A stretch of 64,000 nt of DNA from Patescibacteria group bacterium (GCA_018819405.1 JAHJQF010000001.1:577377-641376), one strand, 5' to 3'; numbered from the stretch's first letter, positions 1-9,777 are shown. Notes: a model not told the origin generated them from the letters alone. A program made the numbers and translations.

Positions 1-248
1 CCTGGTTCAACTTAGTCCAGTCCGATGATTTGGGCAGAGTAAATTTTGGTATGATAGTTGATAAGGTTTACCAGGGTATGGGCTATGGCCAACAGATAAT
101 GGAGATTATAGAAAATGAAGCCAAAAAATTGGGAGCCAAAAAGATAAGATTAGGAGTTTTCCAAGATAATAATCCAGCAGTTCATATATATAAAAAGTTT
201 GGATTTAAGGAAACTGGTAAAGTGATAAACATGGAAAAGAAATTATAA
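1..248 (+). CDS. GNAT family N-acetyltransferase, C-terminal part (5' end outside window; frame open to base 3)
   Basis: Motif-A-like QGMGYG followed by IRLGV...N..A...Y.K.GF, typical of the GNAT fold. There is no in-frame stop upstream to the window edge. Confidence 0.6.
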   Translation, partial: WFNLVQSDDLGRVNFGMIVDKVYQGMGYGQQIMEIIENEAKKLGAKKIRLGVFQDNNPAVHIYKKFGFKETGKVINMEKKL

Positions 249-256
249 TTTTAGAT

Positions 257-736
257 ATGACCGAAGAAAATAAAAAATATTTAAAATTTGGCAAATACAC
301 AGCTAATTGCTCGGAGGAGCTTTTAGGTAAAATTAAAACTTTAAATTTAGATAAAGTAGACAAAGACACTGTTCATAAAATTTTTAAACTTATTAGACAA
401 GAGTTTGATCCAAGATTACACAAGGTTGAAATAGTGAATGATCTTGCAAAATCCCGATTTATTTCGGCTAAAGATTTATATAGTAAAAGACAATATTCTT
501 GTGGTTCTTTAGCAACATTGGTTGCTTCTATCCTTCGAACTTTAGGTGTGCCAAACAAGCTAATCGATGGAAAATATATAAAAGATAATCCAAATATGAG
601 ACATGCTTGGAATGAAGTATATTTATTAGATCAGGGAAAGTTTGTGGCCTTTGATATAACTAAACCGGGGTTTTCATTGAGTAAATATCATATAAAAGAA
701 GGTGAATACATTGATTGGGAGGATTTAGAAATATAA
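257..736 (+). CDS. transglutaminase-like cysteine peptidase domain protein
   Basis: Candidate Cys-His-Asp arrangement: CGSLATLVASILRTLGVP, then HAWNEVY, then a later Asp, characteristic of the transglutaminase-like superfamily. Confidence 0.6.
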   Translation: MTEENKKYLKFGKYTANCSEELLGKIKTLNLDKVDKDTVHKIFKLIRQEFDPRLHKVEIVNDLAKSRFISAKDLYSKRQYSCGSLATLVASILRTLGVPNKLIDGKYIKDNPNMRHAWNEVYLLDQGKFVAFDITKPGFSLSKYHIKEGEYIDWEDLEI

Positions 737-753
737 AAAATGATCCAAAAGAA

Positions 754-1341
754 ATGCCTAATAAAAGTAATATATTAGAAGCAGAAGCAAAATTTAGATG
801 TAAAGATATTGATAAATTGAAATCTTTGTGCCAGAAGTATAATTTTCGAAAAAAAGACTTAATCAAAGAAATAGATGATTATTTTACCGACAAAGAAAAA
901 ACTTTTATAAGAGATAGAGTATGTTTGAGGTTCCGTGATAAAAATGGAAAGAAGGAATTCACGTATAAGGGTAAATCGGAGTCAGATTCTAATCTTTTTA
1001 TTAAAAACGAATATAATATACAAATGGACCAATCCGAATATAAAGAGAAAATAAGATTTTTAGAATCACTGGGTTTTTATAAATATGTCACGGTTATTAA
1101 AAAAAGAGAGGTGTATACTCAAGTTGATGGGCATTATACCAAGAATGTTATGTTTGATAATGTAGAGGGAGTCGGTAATTTTGTGGAGTTTGAGATTATA
1201 ACTCAAAATAAAGATATATCAGATCAAAATGTAATAAAAAATAAGCTGAATCAATTTATTGATAATTTTAGAGAAGTTGGTTTAGAAAAAGCCGATCTTC
1301 CGTATAGAGATTATGTATCAGAATCAAAAGGTATAGAATAG
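754..1341 (+). CDS. CYTH-domain protein (class IV adenylyl cyclase / triphosphatase-like)
   Basis: N-terminal ILEAEAKFR (ExExK motif) and a C-terminal FVEFEI strand as in CYTH domains. The track ORF starts at a TTG at 715, but the ATG at 754 avoids overlap with the upstream gene. Confidence 0.55.
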   Translation: MPNKSNILEAEAKFRCKDIDKLKSLCQKYNFRKKDLIKEIDDYFTDKEKTFIRDRVCLRFRDKNGKKEFTYKGKSESDSNLFIKNEYNIQMDQSEYKEKIRFLESLGFYKYVTVIKKREVYTQVDGHYTKNVMFDNVEGVGNFVEFEIITQNKDISDQNVIKNKLNQFIDNFREVGLEKADLPYRDYVSESKGIE

Positions 1342-1347
1342 ATATAT

Positions 1348-1506
1348 ATGAAAAATAAAAAACACAATTTAATTTATCAGATTGCATGGTTGTTTATTAT
1401 TATTCTGATATTGTTTGGGTGTTTGATATTGGCTGTTCCCTGGTGGGTATTTTCAGGAATAAAGAATGTAATCACCAGAGAAGAGCAGTACGCAGTATAT
1501 TGGTAA
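1348..1506 (+). CDS. small hydrophobic membrane peptide (52 aa), hypothetical
   Basis: ATG-to-TAA ORF not in the 60-aa track: MKNKKHNLIYQIAWLFIIILILFGCLILAVPWWVFSGIKNVITREEQYAVYW. It has a single TM helix and sits directly upstream of the toxin module. Confidence 0.3.
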   Translation: MKNKKHNLIYQIAWLFIIILILFGCLILAVPWWVFSGIKNVITREEQYAVYW

Positions 1507-1544
1507 AATAAAAACAGGCAAGCTAATAATTAGTTTGCAAAGGA

Positions 1545-2699
1545 ATGAAAAAAAGCGATTTTGGGAGCATAATTTTTATGTTTTGCACTTTGATAATGAT
1601 TGTTCCCCGGCAGATCTTGGCTGTCGGGGACGCAGTCAAACAAATAACTGATAAAACAAAATATGTAGATCAGTATTTTGAGGTTAATCAAAATGGCCAA
1701 TTTAAATTGTATGTTTATTTAGGAGATCAAAAAATTGCTACTATAGATAATGATGATAATTATTTCAATTTGGACAACCATTTGAGCTCACATACCATTA
1801 TTACCAACCCGACGGGTCAAATAGTAGAGACAAATGATTATGATGATTATGGCAGTGTTATACACAGTGAATCATCAATAAATAATGATTATAAATTCAC
1901 TGGTAAGGAGTTTGATACAGAAACGGGCTTGCAATATTTTGGTCAGAGATATTATGATAGTGATGTTGGCAGATTTGCTAGTATTGATCCTTTGCTTATA
2001 TCTGAGATAAATCAATTTTTGTCTGATCCGCAACAGCTCAATAGCTATAGCTACAGTCGTAATAATCCAATTAGCTTAGTGGATAAGACAGGGGAAAAAG
2101 TGTCTGAGTTTCAGCCATATTATAGTAGTAGCGGGTTTTATGAATACAGGCAGGATTATGGTAAATATAGAGGTATGGAATTGGTAAGTGCTGGCGAGTA
2201 TTCGGGACAAGGTTGGCATGATTATCAATGTGTCGATTGGGTTAAAAAATTTGTGAATGACCAATATAAAGTTGAATTAGGCAGCATAGGTAACGCCAAT
2301 TTTTATAGTAAACAATCAAGTTTTAATGATTTTAATAAGAGTCACGACGGACAATATACTGTTTATAAAAATAATAGCAGTATAATGCCTCAAGAAAATG
2401 ATATTTTGACTTGGTCAGGTGGCGATTATGGACACGTAGGTATAATTGCGGAAGTAAGTTTTGATGGAAATTCTAATATAGGTTATGTTTATACATTAGA
2501 GCAGAATTATAGCGGTAAACAGGGACTATATAGTCAATCATTTGTTCGTTCATACAATGATAGTGGTCAGCCAGAATATACAGTAAATGATAGAGGTGGA
2601 TTAAAAGTTCAAGGATGGGCACGCTATAGTCAGCAGACTAGTATTCCATATAGTAATATATTATATACTCCCGCTCCGGGAAATTATATTTATGAATAG
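1545..2699 (+). CDS. mini-Rhs protein: signal/TM anchor + RHS repeat-associated core + C-terminal CHAP-domain (peptidoglycan amidase/peptidase) toxin
   Basis: N-terminal hydrophobic FGSIIFMFCTLIMIV. RHS core block DNHLSSHTIITNPTGQ...YKFTGKEFDTETGLQYFGQRYYDSDVGRFASIDP...NNPISLVDKTGE parallels the core of the 2170-aa protein downstream. The C-terminus has CHAP-like Cys (QCVDWVKKF) and His (GDYGHVGIIAEV) motifs. Confidence 0.6.
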   Translation: MKKSDFGSIIFMFCTLIMIVPRQILAVGDAVKQITDKTKYVDQYFEVNQNGQFKLYVYLGDQKIATIDNDDNYFNLDNHLSSHTIITNPTGQIVETNDYDDYGSVIHSESSINNDYKFTGKEFDTETGLQYFGQRYYDSDVGRFASIDPLLISEINQFLSDPQQLNSYSYSRNNPISLVDKTGEKVSEFQPYYSSSGFYEYRQDYGKYRGMELVSAGEYSGQGWHDYQCVDWVKKFVNDQYKVELGSIGNANFYSKQSSFNDFNKSHDGQYTVYKNNSSIMPQENDILTWSGGDYGHVGIIAEVSFDGNSNIGYVYTLEQNYSGKQGLYSQSFVRSYNDSGQPEYTVNDRGGLKVQGWARYSQQTSIPYSNILYTPAPGNYIYE

Positions 2700-3219
2700 T
2701 AAAAAAACAATATTAATTATAATTATCGTATTGGCAGCTATAATTTATTTTTATTTAAATTTTTATAAAAATAATAAAAAGCCCATTGGTTCTAATAACA
2801 TAAATGTCATAAATTTTCAGTCAGAAAATCAAGAATCTCCTGAAGGGTATAAAAAATTTGTTTCTCAAAATGAAAAATTAATCTTTTTTTATAAAAATGA
2901 TTGGGAATGCAGCGAAGTGGTTTATGATAAAAGAGTGGATTGTTATCCTATAGATAGGATCATGGAGGAATATGATTCAGGTCTAGATAAACAAATTGTA
3001 TATTATCCTGACATAAGTATTTATGACGAGAGTGATCTATGCTCTTTGGTCGTTGACCAAGAAGAATTATTAAAAGCAGAAAAGGAGCCGCTAGTATATA
3101 ATGAATATGGTGAAAATTATTATGGTCTTTTTTATAAAAAATTTAATAATTGTATGACAAAGATTATAACATTGCCCTACATTGATTCTCAAGAAAAATT
3201 AGAAGAAATAATAAGATAA
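2692..3219 (+). CDS. putative cognate immunity protein (N-terminal membrane anchor, extracytoplasmic body)
   Basis: Its start overlaps the toxin stop by 8 nt (translational coupling). TM helix ILIIIIVLAAIIYFYL. No recognisable catalytic motif. Its position immediately 3' of a CHAP-tipped toxin is typical of toxin/immunity pairs. Confidence 0.45.
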   Translation: MNSKKTILIIIIVLAAIIYFYLNFYKNNKKPIGSNNINVINFQSENQESPEGYKKFVSQNEKLIFFYKNDWECSEVVYDKRVDCYPIDRIMEEYDSGLDKQIVYYPDISIYDESDLCSLVVDQEELLKAEKEPLVYNEYGENYYGLFYKKFNNCMTKIITLPYIDSQEKLEEIIR

Positions 3220-3263
3220 TTTTACCCCGTTAAATATATTTTCATAAATTAATCACAAAGCAT

Positions 3264-6200
3264 ATGACAAGCATGAGAAAAATTAATAAATCCAGACTAG
3301 TAATATTATTTTTGATGTTTAGTCTGGTTTTTTCTAGTGTAGCGCCAAGTTTGGCACAGGCTAGAGAAATACTCACTCCAGTGGAAGTAGTGCCAGTAGA
3401 AGATTCAAAAGAAACAGGTATTCCTGTGGTGGAGATTTTGCCTTTGCCAGTAGAGGAATATCCTATTAATGATAAGCCTGTAGATATTGAGCCAATTATT
3501 GATGAGCCGGTTTTGTCACCAGAAGAGCGACTGGAAACACTTTTAGAAGATCCGCCAGCCGATATAACTTATTTGGATAAAGATGAGAAAAAACTGGCTA
3601 ATAAGAAATTAAATATAGATGTTGATAATAATACAGGTGCTTTAATTTATAATTATCCTATTCAAATTCCTTCAGGCCGTAATAATTTTCAGACAGATAT
3701 CAGTTTAACTTATAATAGCCAAGATAAAGAGACACATAATTTATTTGGTTTAGGATGGTCGGTAAACATTCCCAGTATAGAGGTAAGCACTAAACGGGGC
3801 GTTTATTATATGTATAGTAATTACGATTATATCTCATCTATGAGTGGTGAGTTGGTGCCGGTGGGCGCTGTCACTCCGTATGGTAATTATGGCGCTCGGG
3901 TTGAAAACGGCGACTATTTACAATATGAATTTTCTAGTATTACTAATGCTTGGACAGCGACCGATAAACAGGGGATAGTTTATAAATTTGGATCCAGCTT
4001 ATCTAGTCGTCAGGATAACCCTGAAGGACCGAGTATGATATATAAATGGATGCTAGAAGAGGTAAGAGATACAAATGACAATTATATTCGCTATGAATAT
4101 TATAAGGATCAGGGGCAGATTTATCCAGCCAAGATATTTTATACAGGGCACGGTAGCACCGATGGGATTTTCGAAATAGATTTTATCAGAGAGTCTCGTC
4201 TAGATGATTTGGAATCTTATGATAGTAGGTTTTTGGTCAAGAATAATTATCGTATTTCTGAAATACAAATAAAAGTGAATGGCTCTTGGGTCAAAAAATA
4301 TAATTTTAATTATACAGTTGGGGAAAATGGGTCTTTATCAATTTTGGACAACATTGTGGAAAGTGGTAGAGATGAAACAAGTGGACAAGTGATAACATTA
4401 CCCAGTGATGATATGAGTTATAGCCAGGATTTAGAAAGTTGGCAAGGTGGAATAGATTGGAATTTTCCAGTTGGTTTTATTAGTGACAATGGCTATCAGT
4501 CTTTTGATCTGGGCGTACGCATGGCTGATATCAATGGCGATGGATTGACCGATATAGTCAAAGGTTATAGAGATATAAAAGAAATTTATATTAATCATTA
4601 CCCCGATTGGAGTACTAGTACCACTTATTCATTGCCAGATTCTTTTATTTCGGGGGACAATTTTGATGATGGTTTGAGATTGGCCGATGTGAATGGGGAT
4701 AATTTAGTGGACTTGATAAAAGCTGTATATCTTCAGGACGAAGTTAGAGAAATCAGAGCGGTCTATATCAATAATGGTACAAACTGGGTTTTGGATCCTT
4801 CTTGGATTTTTCCTTTGAATTTTGTCAGGCATGATGATTCGGGTGCGGGTATAAGAAGTTTTGATTTGGGTACGCGTATGGCCGATATCAATGGTGACGG
4901 TTTGGTTGATGTGGTATTGGGTTCAAATATAGAAACAAACAAAATTTATATTAATAATGGACATGGTTGGGATTTGGAAACAAATTATACTTTACCTACT
5001 TATTTTGTAGATTCGGATCAGGACGCGGGCACTCGTTTTATGGATGTTAATAGTGATGGTTTGATAGACATTGTCAGAGGAGTGAATGCTTATGGTGCAG
5101 GAGGTGGAAATCAACATAATGAAGTTTATATTAATAATGGGCATGGTTGGGAACTGAATTTAAATTATAGTCTGCCCACTTATTTTGTAAATTTTGATGG
5201 TAGTTGGTATACAGATTATGGTACTAGATTATCAGATATCAATGGGGATGGTTTGATTGACATTCTTCGTGATATATATCCTGATACTTCCGAGGTTTAT
5301 ATTAATACGGGTCAAGGTTGGCATTTAAATAATAATTATTACATATTGAGTCATTTTTTAGGAGGGTCATTTATGATAGACCAAGGGGTTAGACTTTTTG
5401 ATATCAATGGTGACGGGCAAGATGATTTTATAAGAGCTAAAGAGGCTTATCCCAGATATGTTCATGTAAGTTTAGCAAATAAAGAAAATTTAGAAACAGT
5501 TAATAATTCTCGTGGCAGTCAAATTAATTTGGAATATCAGTCAGCTACTCAATATATAGACAGCCCAGACAATCTACCTAATCCCGACTTACCATTTAAT
5601 ATAGAGACAGTCAAAAATATTGTTATAGACGATGGTTTGGGAGGTATTGCCACTACTACCTATAGCTATAGTGGGGGAGACTACTATTATGCTGATCCAT
5701 ATGATAAAAAGTTTGCTGGCTTTGCAGAAGTAGAAAAAACAATTGGTAATCAGAAAACCACCACTTACTATCACCAAGGTAATGTTAGTGATTCTAGTCA
5801 AGGAGAATATCAAGATAGCTACTATAAGATTGGTAAGCCATATCGCCAAGAAATATATGATAATAATACCAATGGATTATTGAATCAGAATATTTACAAA
5901 TGGGAAGAAACCGACTTAGGGCATAATAATAAATTTGTATATAATTCTCAGAAGGCGTCTACTGATTTTACGCAAAGCATTCAATCAACAGCTGTGCAAA
6001 ATGAATATGATTTTAGCACGGGAAATTTACTTACTGAGCATAGTTTGGGTCAAGTGCAGGTAGATACTGCAACTGGTGAAATTTTGGATCAAGTAATTGG
6101 CGATGAAAAAGACACAAATTATGATTACGCCCAAAATACAACCAAACATATTTTAGCAGCTCCAAAAACTAAAATTATATCGAACACTTCTGATAGTAAG

Positions 6201-9200
6201 GAACAAAATCTATACTATGATAATTTACCATTAGGTCAAATAGAAAAAGTCAATTTGACTAAAGAGGACTATATAGAACAAGGCGTAGAAATAAATAGAA
6301 ATTTTAACAGTTATGGCTTGGTGTCTGAAGAAATTAGTCCAGAGGGTGATTCTACTGCTATTGTTTATGATAGCTTAAATCTTTACCCATCAGAAATTAC
6401 CAACGTCTTTAATCAAACTACCTATACGGAATACAATTTGCTTAATGGGCAACTTGCCACCTCCACTGCACCTAATGGAATGCTGACGATTAATAGTTTT
6501 GACGCTTTTGGTCGGCTGGTAGAGGTAAAAATTTCGGACCCAGATAATCCCACTACAACATTTATTAAACAAGAAATTGAATACCAAGATCCTTTTGTAT
6601 TTTTTAGATATAGTGACGATACAGGCTGGTTGTCTCCAACACAAACCGGAAAATACTATAATCAATTTTATAATCCAAGTAATGCTTATGCTAGTGACGA
6701 TATTTATACTACAGCCAGAGATTTTGGTAATGGTGGTTCATCAAGATTTCAATCATACGAAGGATTTAATATAAATCTTCCAGCTGCCTCTGAAATAATT
6801 GGCTTTGAAGTAATGAGTGAACATTTAGTAGATAATACTACCGATGTTGATGAATCTATAAGGTACTATTCTGCTAGTAATGGGGTTTGGTCAGATCCCC
6901 GATTTTTATCAGTTTCTACTATTGATCATGTAGATACAGTGGGAGGTTCCGATGATATTTGGGCATTAAACCCCGTAAGCTCTGATTTTATTAATGATAA
7001 TTTTTCAGTAAATTATTCTGGTTCTCGGCTTGATGGTGGGGATACTACTTGGTTTTTAGATGATATAAAAATTAAGGTTTATTATGGTGTAAATACTGAG
7101 ATAGGCTACAAAGAAACCAAAGACTATTTTGATGCCACTAGCTACATCATTTCTCGTGAATACTACGATGGCCTATATAGAGTAGTGCAAAAGAAATCTC
7201 AAACTGCTACTGCCAATCAGTATGCTACAGTAGATATCAGCTATGATTCTCAGGGTAGAGTAGATAGGCAGTCATTGCCATATATTACTTCTACTTTGGA
7301 ATATACAACAGCAAATCTTAGTCAACCAGCCAAGACCTATACCTATGATGCCTTAGATAGAGTATTGTCAGAAGCTACTCCAACTGGCGTGACCAGTTAT
7401 GAATATGATGGCTTCAAGACTACTATCACTGATCCAAACGGCAATATCAAAGAGCTAACCAAAGACGCCTACGGCAATTTGGTGGAAGTCAAAGAGCATA
7501 ATGATTCTAATATATATACCACTAGTTATGACTATACTTTGACCAACAAATTGGAAAAAATCACTGACAGTCAGGGTAATATTAGAAATTTCCACTACGA
7601 CGCCTTAGACAATCTAGACTGGCAGGATATGGTGCATTTATCATCAGTAGCCGATCCTGAGAAAATACAGTACACTCATGACAAAAATGGCAATGTGCTG
7701 ACTGAGACTAGCTTCAAGGGAGACGCTATTTCCTATGAGTATGATAGTTTAAATAGAGTGTTGTATGAAAAATTAGATAATAGTCCAGTTATTAGTTATG
7801 CCTACGATCAAAATGGTGACATTGGTCAGCTGTCTTTTGTAGATTATGGTGGAGGTAATTCCAAGGCCTATGACTATGATATACTAGGACGACTTACCAC
7901 AGCTACCACAACTATTGAAAATGAAGTCTTTGTCATGAAATATGACTACAATTTAAATGGTGACATCAAAGAAATACAATATCCAAATGCTTGGAAAGTA
8001 GCTTATAGTTTTGATTCCATTGGCCAAGTAAATGGTGTGTCTCTTGATAAAGGTCAGGGTCCAATGAGTATAGTAAATAATATTGTTTACAACCAAAATG
8101 GCCAGATGACTCATCTGGAGCGCGCCAATGGCGTAGTTAGTGATTATACTTATGATCCTCAGCAAAATTTCCGTTTAACTGATTTGATTAGCACTCAAGG
8201 TGCTACAACTTTGCAAGACATATCATATACTTATGACAATATCGGTAATATCACAAATATCACTGACAGCTCTGACACTGACTTGGCCAAGAGCGTGGAT
8301 TATGAATACGATGACTTCTACAGACTGGCATCGAGTACAGTCAGCTATGTCACTCATCCGGCTGACAATTATTCACGAGAGTATCAGTATGATCAGGTAG
8401 GCAATATGACCTACAACTCAGAACTAGGTACAATGAATTATGCCTTTGACAATCCACACCAGTTGTCCAGCTATGGTAGTCGCAATTTTAGTTATGACGA
8501 CGCTGGTAATATGTATTTAAATGGTGGTATTAGCAAATTTTCTTGGGACTGGAGAAATAGACTCAAAAACAGCTATGACATTGCTACCACCAAAAATAGC
8601 TATTATCAATATGACCACAACAATCAGCGCTTCTTGAAATACACTGAAGATTATGTATTTATTCCTCCAGATTTGGAAGATCCACCAATTGTGGGAATGA
8701 TGTCTTTATCTATGGACACTAGTGGAGGTACTTATGAACTCAGACGTGTCAAAGAAGATAAGTATGTAGATAAGTATTTTGAAAAAGACTTGTCTGATAA
8801 TGAAAAAAGCCACCTATTCCTAGGTAGTACCAGAGTGGCTAGTTTAAAAAATAATGATAATCCATATTATTATATATCTGATCATCTAAGCTCCAATAAT
8901 ATTATTACTGACAATTCGGGCAATACCCTTGAATTGAGTGATTATGAGCCTTATGGTAAAATAAACTATGAAACAGGTTCTTCAGAAAACAACTTCAAAT
9001 TTACCGGCAAGGAAATTGATGAAGAAAATGCCTTGCAATACTTTGGGGCGAGGTATATGGATAACCAGACTGGACGATTTACGACGGTGGATCCGGCTAC
9101 TCTTATACTTCACGATGGTCAGAAGTTGAAAGAGATTACCAGAGGTGATCTAGAGAGATTGTTGGCTAATCCGCAGAACCTTAATAGCTATGCATATGCG

Positions 9201-9776
9201 TTGAATAATCCAGTGATAATGAAGGATGATACTGGTGAGTTTGCATTTTTGGCTGTAGTCGCCGTTGCTTGGATTGCTGCTGAAGTAGGTTTTAGTGCGT
9301 GGGATGCTTATGATGCTGGTAATGCGTGGTTTGGTGAGGATACTAGTTCAAAAGAAAAGACATCATCTGGTGGATTCCTACTAGTAGGGTTGGCATTACC
9401 TGGTGGTGGGTATGGGCACATTGATGAAGGTGTTGATGTATTAAAAACGGTCGATAAAACAATTGGCAAATCAATTGATAACGCTGTAAATAAAATTGGT
9501 AATACAGTGTCAGATCATCTTACTAAAATGGATTATGCAGGCTTTATAAGAGATCTGAGTAAGGCACCAGTTTGGAGCAATAATTTAGGCAGGAATTTTG
9601 ACCATTATGATGAAGTTATGTCCGCCTATAAAGGTTTGCAAAATAATGTATCAAAGCTTACAAGATATTTAGATAATTATAATTTAGATAAGAAAACAGT
9701 CGACAGCGTTAACAAAGCTATTGATACAGCTAAAAGTCACATAGACAGAATAGATAATATATTAAAATCACATTAG
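3264..9776 (+). CDS. secreted giant Rhs/Tc-toxin-like protein: Sec signal + SpvB/TcB N-terminal domain + FG-GAP-like repeats + YD/RHS repeats + RHS core + unrecognised C-terminal tip
   Basis: Signal peptide ending ...VAPSLAQA. SpvB-N-like ISLTYNSQDKETHNLFGLGWSVNIPSIEV. Six or more D(I/V)NGDGL.D(I/V/L) repeats. Many YDxxGRL/YDxLxR YD repeats. RHS core DHLSSNNIITDNSG...KFTGKEIDEENALQYFGARYMDNQTGRFTTVDP...NNPVIMKDDTGE. After the core come about 178 aa with no recognisable toxin motif. Confidence 0.85.
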   Translation: MTSMRKINKSRLVILFLMFSLVFSSVAPSLAQAREILTPVEVVPVEDSKETGIPVVEILPLPVEEYPINDKPVDIEPIIDEPVLSPEERLETLLEDPPADITYLDKDEKKLANKKLNIDVDNNTGALIYNYPIQIPSGRNNFQTDISLTYNSQDKETHNLFGLGWSVNIPSIEVSTKRGVYYMYSNYDYISSMSGELVPVGAVTPYGNYGARVENGDYLQYEFSSITNAWTATDKQGIVYKFGSSLSSRQDNPEGPSMIYKWMLEEVRDTNDNYIRYEYYKDQGQIYPAKIFYTGHGSTDGIFEIDFIRESRLDDLESYDSRFLVKNNYRISEIQIKVNGSWVKKYNFNYTVGENGSLSILDNIVESGRDETSGQVITLPSDDMSYSQDLESWQGGIDWNFPVGFISDNGYQSFDLGVRMADINGDGLTDIVKGYRDIKEIYINHYPDWSTSTTYSLPDSFISGDNFDDGLRLADVNGDNLVDLIKAVYLQDEVREIRAVYINNGTNWVLDPSWIFPLNFVRHDDSGAGIRSFDLGTRMADINGDGLVDVVLGSNIETNKIYINNGHGWDLETNYTLPTYFVDSDQDAGTRFMDVNSDGLIDIVRGVNAYGAGGGNQHNEVYINNGHGWELNLNYSLPTYFVNFDGSWYTDYGTRLSDINGDGLIDILRDIYPDTSEVYINTGQGWHLNNNYYILSHFLGGSFMIDQGVRLFDINGDGQDDFIRAKEAYPRYVHVSLANKENLETVNNSRGSQINLEYQSATQYIDSPDNLPNPDLPFNIETVKNIVIDDGLGGIATTTYSYSGGDYYYADPYDKKFAGFAEVEKTIGNQKTTTYYHQGNVSDSSQGEYQDSYYKIGKPYRQEIYDNNTNGLLNQNIYKWEETDLGHNNKFVYNSQKASTDFTQSIQSTAVQNEYDFSTGNLLTEHSLGQVQVDTATGEILDQVIGDEKDTNYDYAQNTTKHILAAPKTKIISNTSDSKEQNLYYDNLPLGQIEKVNLTKEDYIEQGVEINRNFNSYGLVSEEISPEGDSTAIVYDSLNLYPSEITNVFNQTTYTEYNLLNGQLATSTAPNGMLTINSFDAFGRLVEVKISDPDNPTTTFIKQEIEYQDPFVFFRYSDDTGWLSPTQTGKYYNQFYNPSNAYASDDIYTTARDFGNGGSSRFQSYEGFNINLPAASEIIGFEVMSEHLVDNTTDVDESIRYYSASNGVWSDPRFLSVSTIDHVDTVGGSDDIWALNPVSSDFINDNFSVNYSGSRLDGGDTTWFLDDIKIKVYYGVNTEIGYKETKDYFDATSYIISREYYDGLYRVVQKKSQTATANQYATVDISYDSQGRVDRQSLPYITSTLEYTTANLSQPAKTYTYDALDRVLSEATPTGVTSYEYDGFKTTITDPNGNIKELTKDAYGNLVEVKEHNDSNIYTTSYDYTLTNKLEKITDSQGNIRNFHYDALDNLDWQDMVHLSSVADPEKIQYTHDKNGNVLTETSFKGDAISYEYDSLNRVLYEKLDNSPVISYAYDQNGDIGQLSFVDYGGGNSKAYDYDILGRLTTATTTIENEVFVMKYDYNLNGDIKEIQYPNAWKVAYSFDSIGQVNGVSLDKGQGPMSIVNNIVYNQNGQMTHLERANGVVSDYTYDPQQNFRLTDLISTQGATTLQDISYTYDNIGNITNITDSSDTDLAKSVDYEYDDFYRLASSTVSYVTHPADNYSREYQYDQVGNMTYNSELGTMNYAFDNPHQLSSYGSRNFSYDDAGNMYLNGGISKFSWDWRNRLKNSYDIATTKNSYYQYDHNNQRFLKYTEDYVFIPPDLEDPPIVGMMSLSMDTSGGTYELRRVKEDKYVDKYFEKDLSDNEKSHLFLGSTRVASLKNNDNPYYYISDHLSSNNIITDNSGNTLELSDYEPYGKINYETGSSENNFKFTGKEIDEENALQYFGARYMDNQTGRFTTVDPATLILHDGQKLKEITRGDLERLLANPQNLNSYAYALNNPVIMKDDTGEFAFLAVVAVAWIAAEVGFSAWDAYDAGNAWFGEDTSSKEKTSSGGFLLVGLALPGGGYGHIDEGVDVLKTVDKTIGKSIDNAVNKIGNTVSDHLTKMDYAGFIRDLSKAPVWSNNLGRNFDHYDEVMSAYKGLQNNVSKLTRYLDNYNLDKKTVDSVNKAIDTAKSHIDRIDNILKSH
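4500..5440 (+). repeat. FG-GAP/VCBS-like calcium-binding repeats (protein level) inside the giant toxin gene
   Basis: Recurring DINGDGLTDIV, DVNGDNLVDLI, DINGDGLVDVV, DVNSDGLIDIV, DINGDGLIDIL, DINGDGQDDFI spaced about 50 aa apart. Confidence 0.6.
7200..8900 (+). repeat. YD/RHS repeat region (protein level) inside the giant toxin gene
   Basis: Repeated YDxxGR(L/V) units: SYDSQGRVDRQ, TYDALDRVLSE, EYDSLNRVLYE, DYDILGRLTTA, EYDDFYRLASS, YQYDQVGNMTY. Confidence 0.65.
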
Positions 9777-9777
9777 T

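Noticed and set aside
5589-8400. Internal antisense or alternative-frame ORFs within the Rhs gene (5589..5849-, 6390..6665-, 6577..6774+, 7953..8165-, 8200..8400+)
   Set aside because: Embedded in a continuous 2170-aa frame with clear domain signatures. No start signals. AT-rich frame noise.
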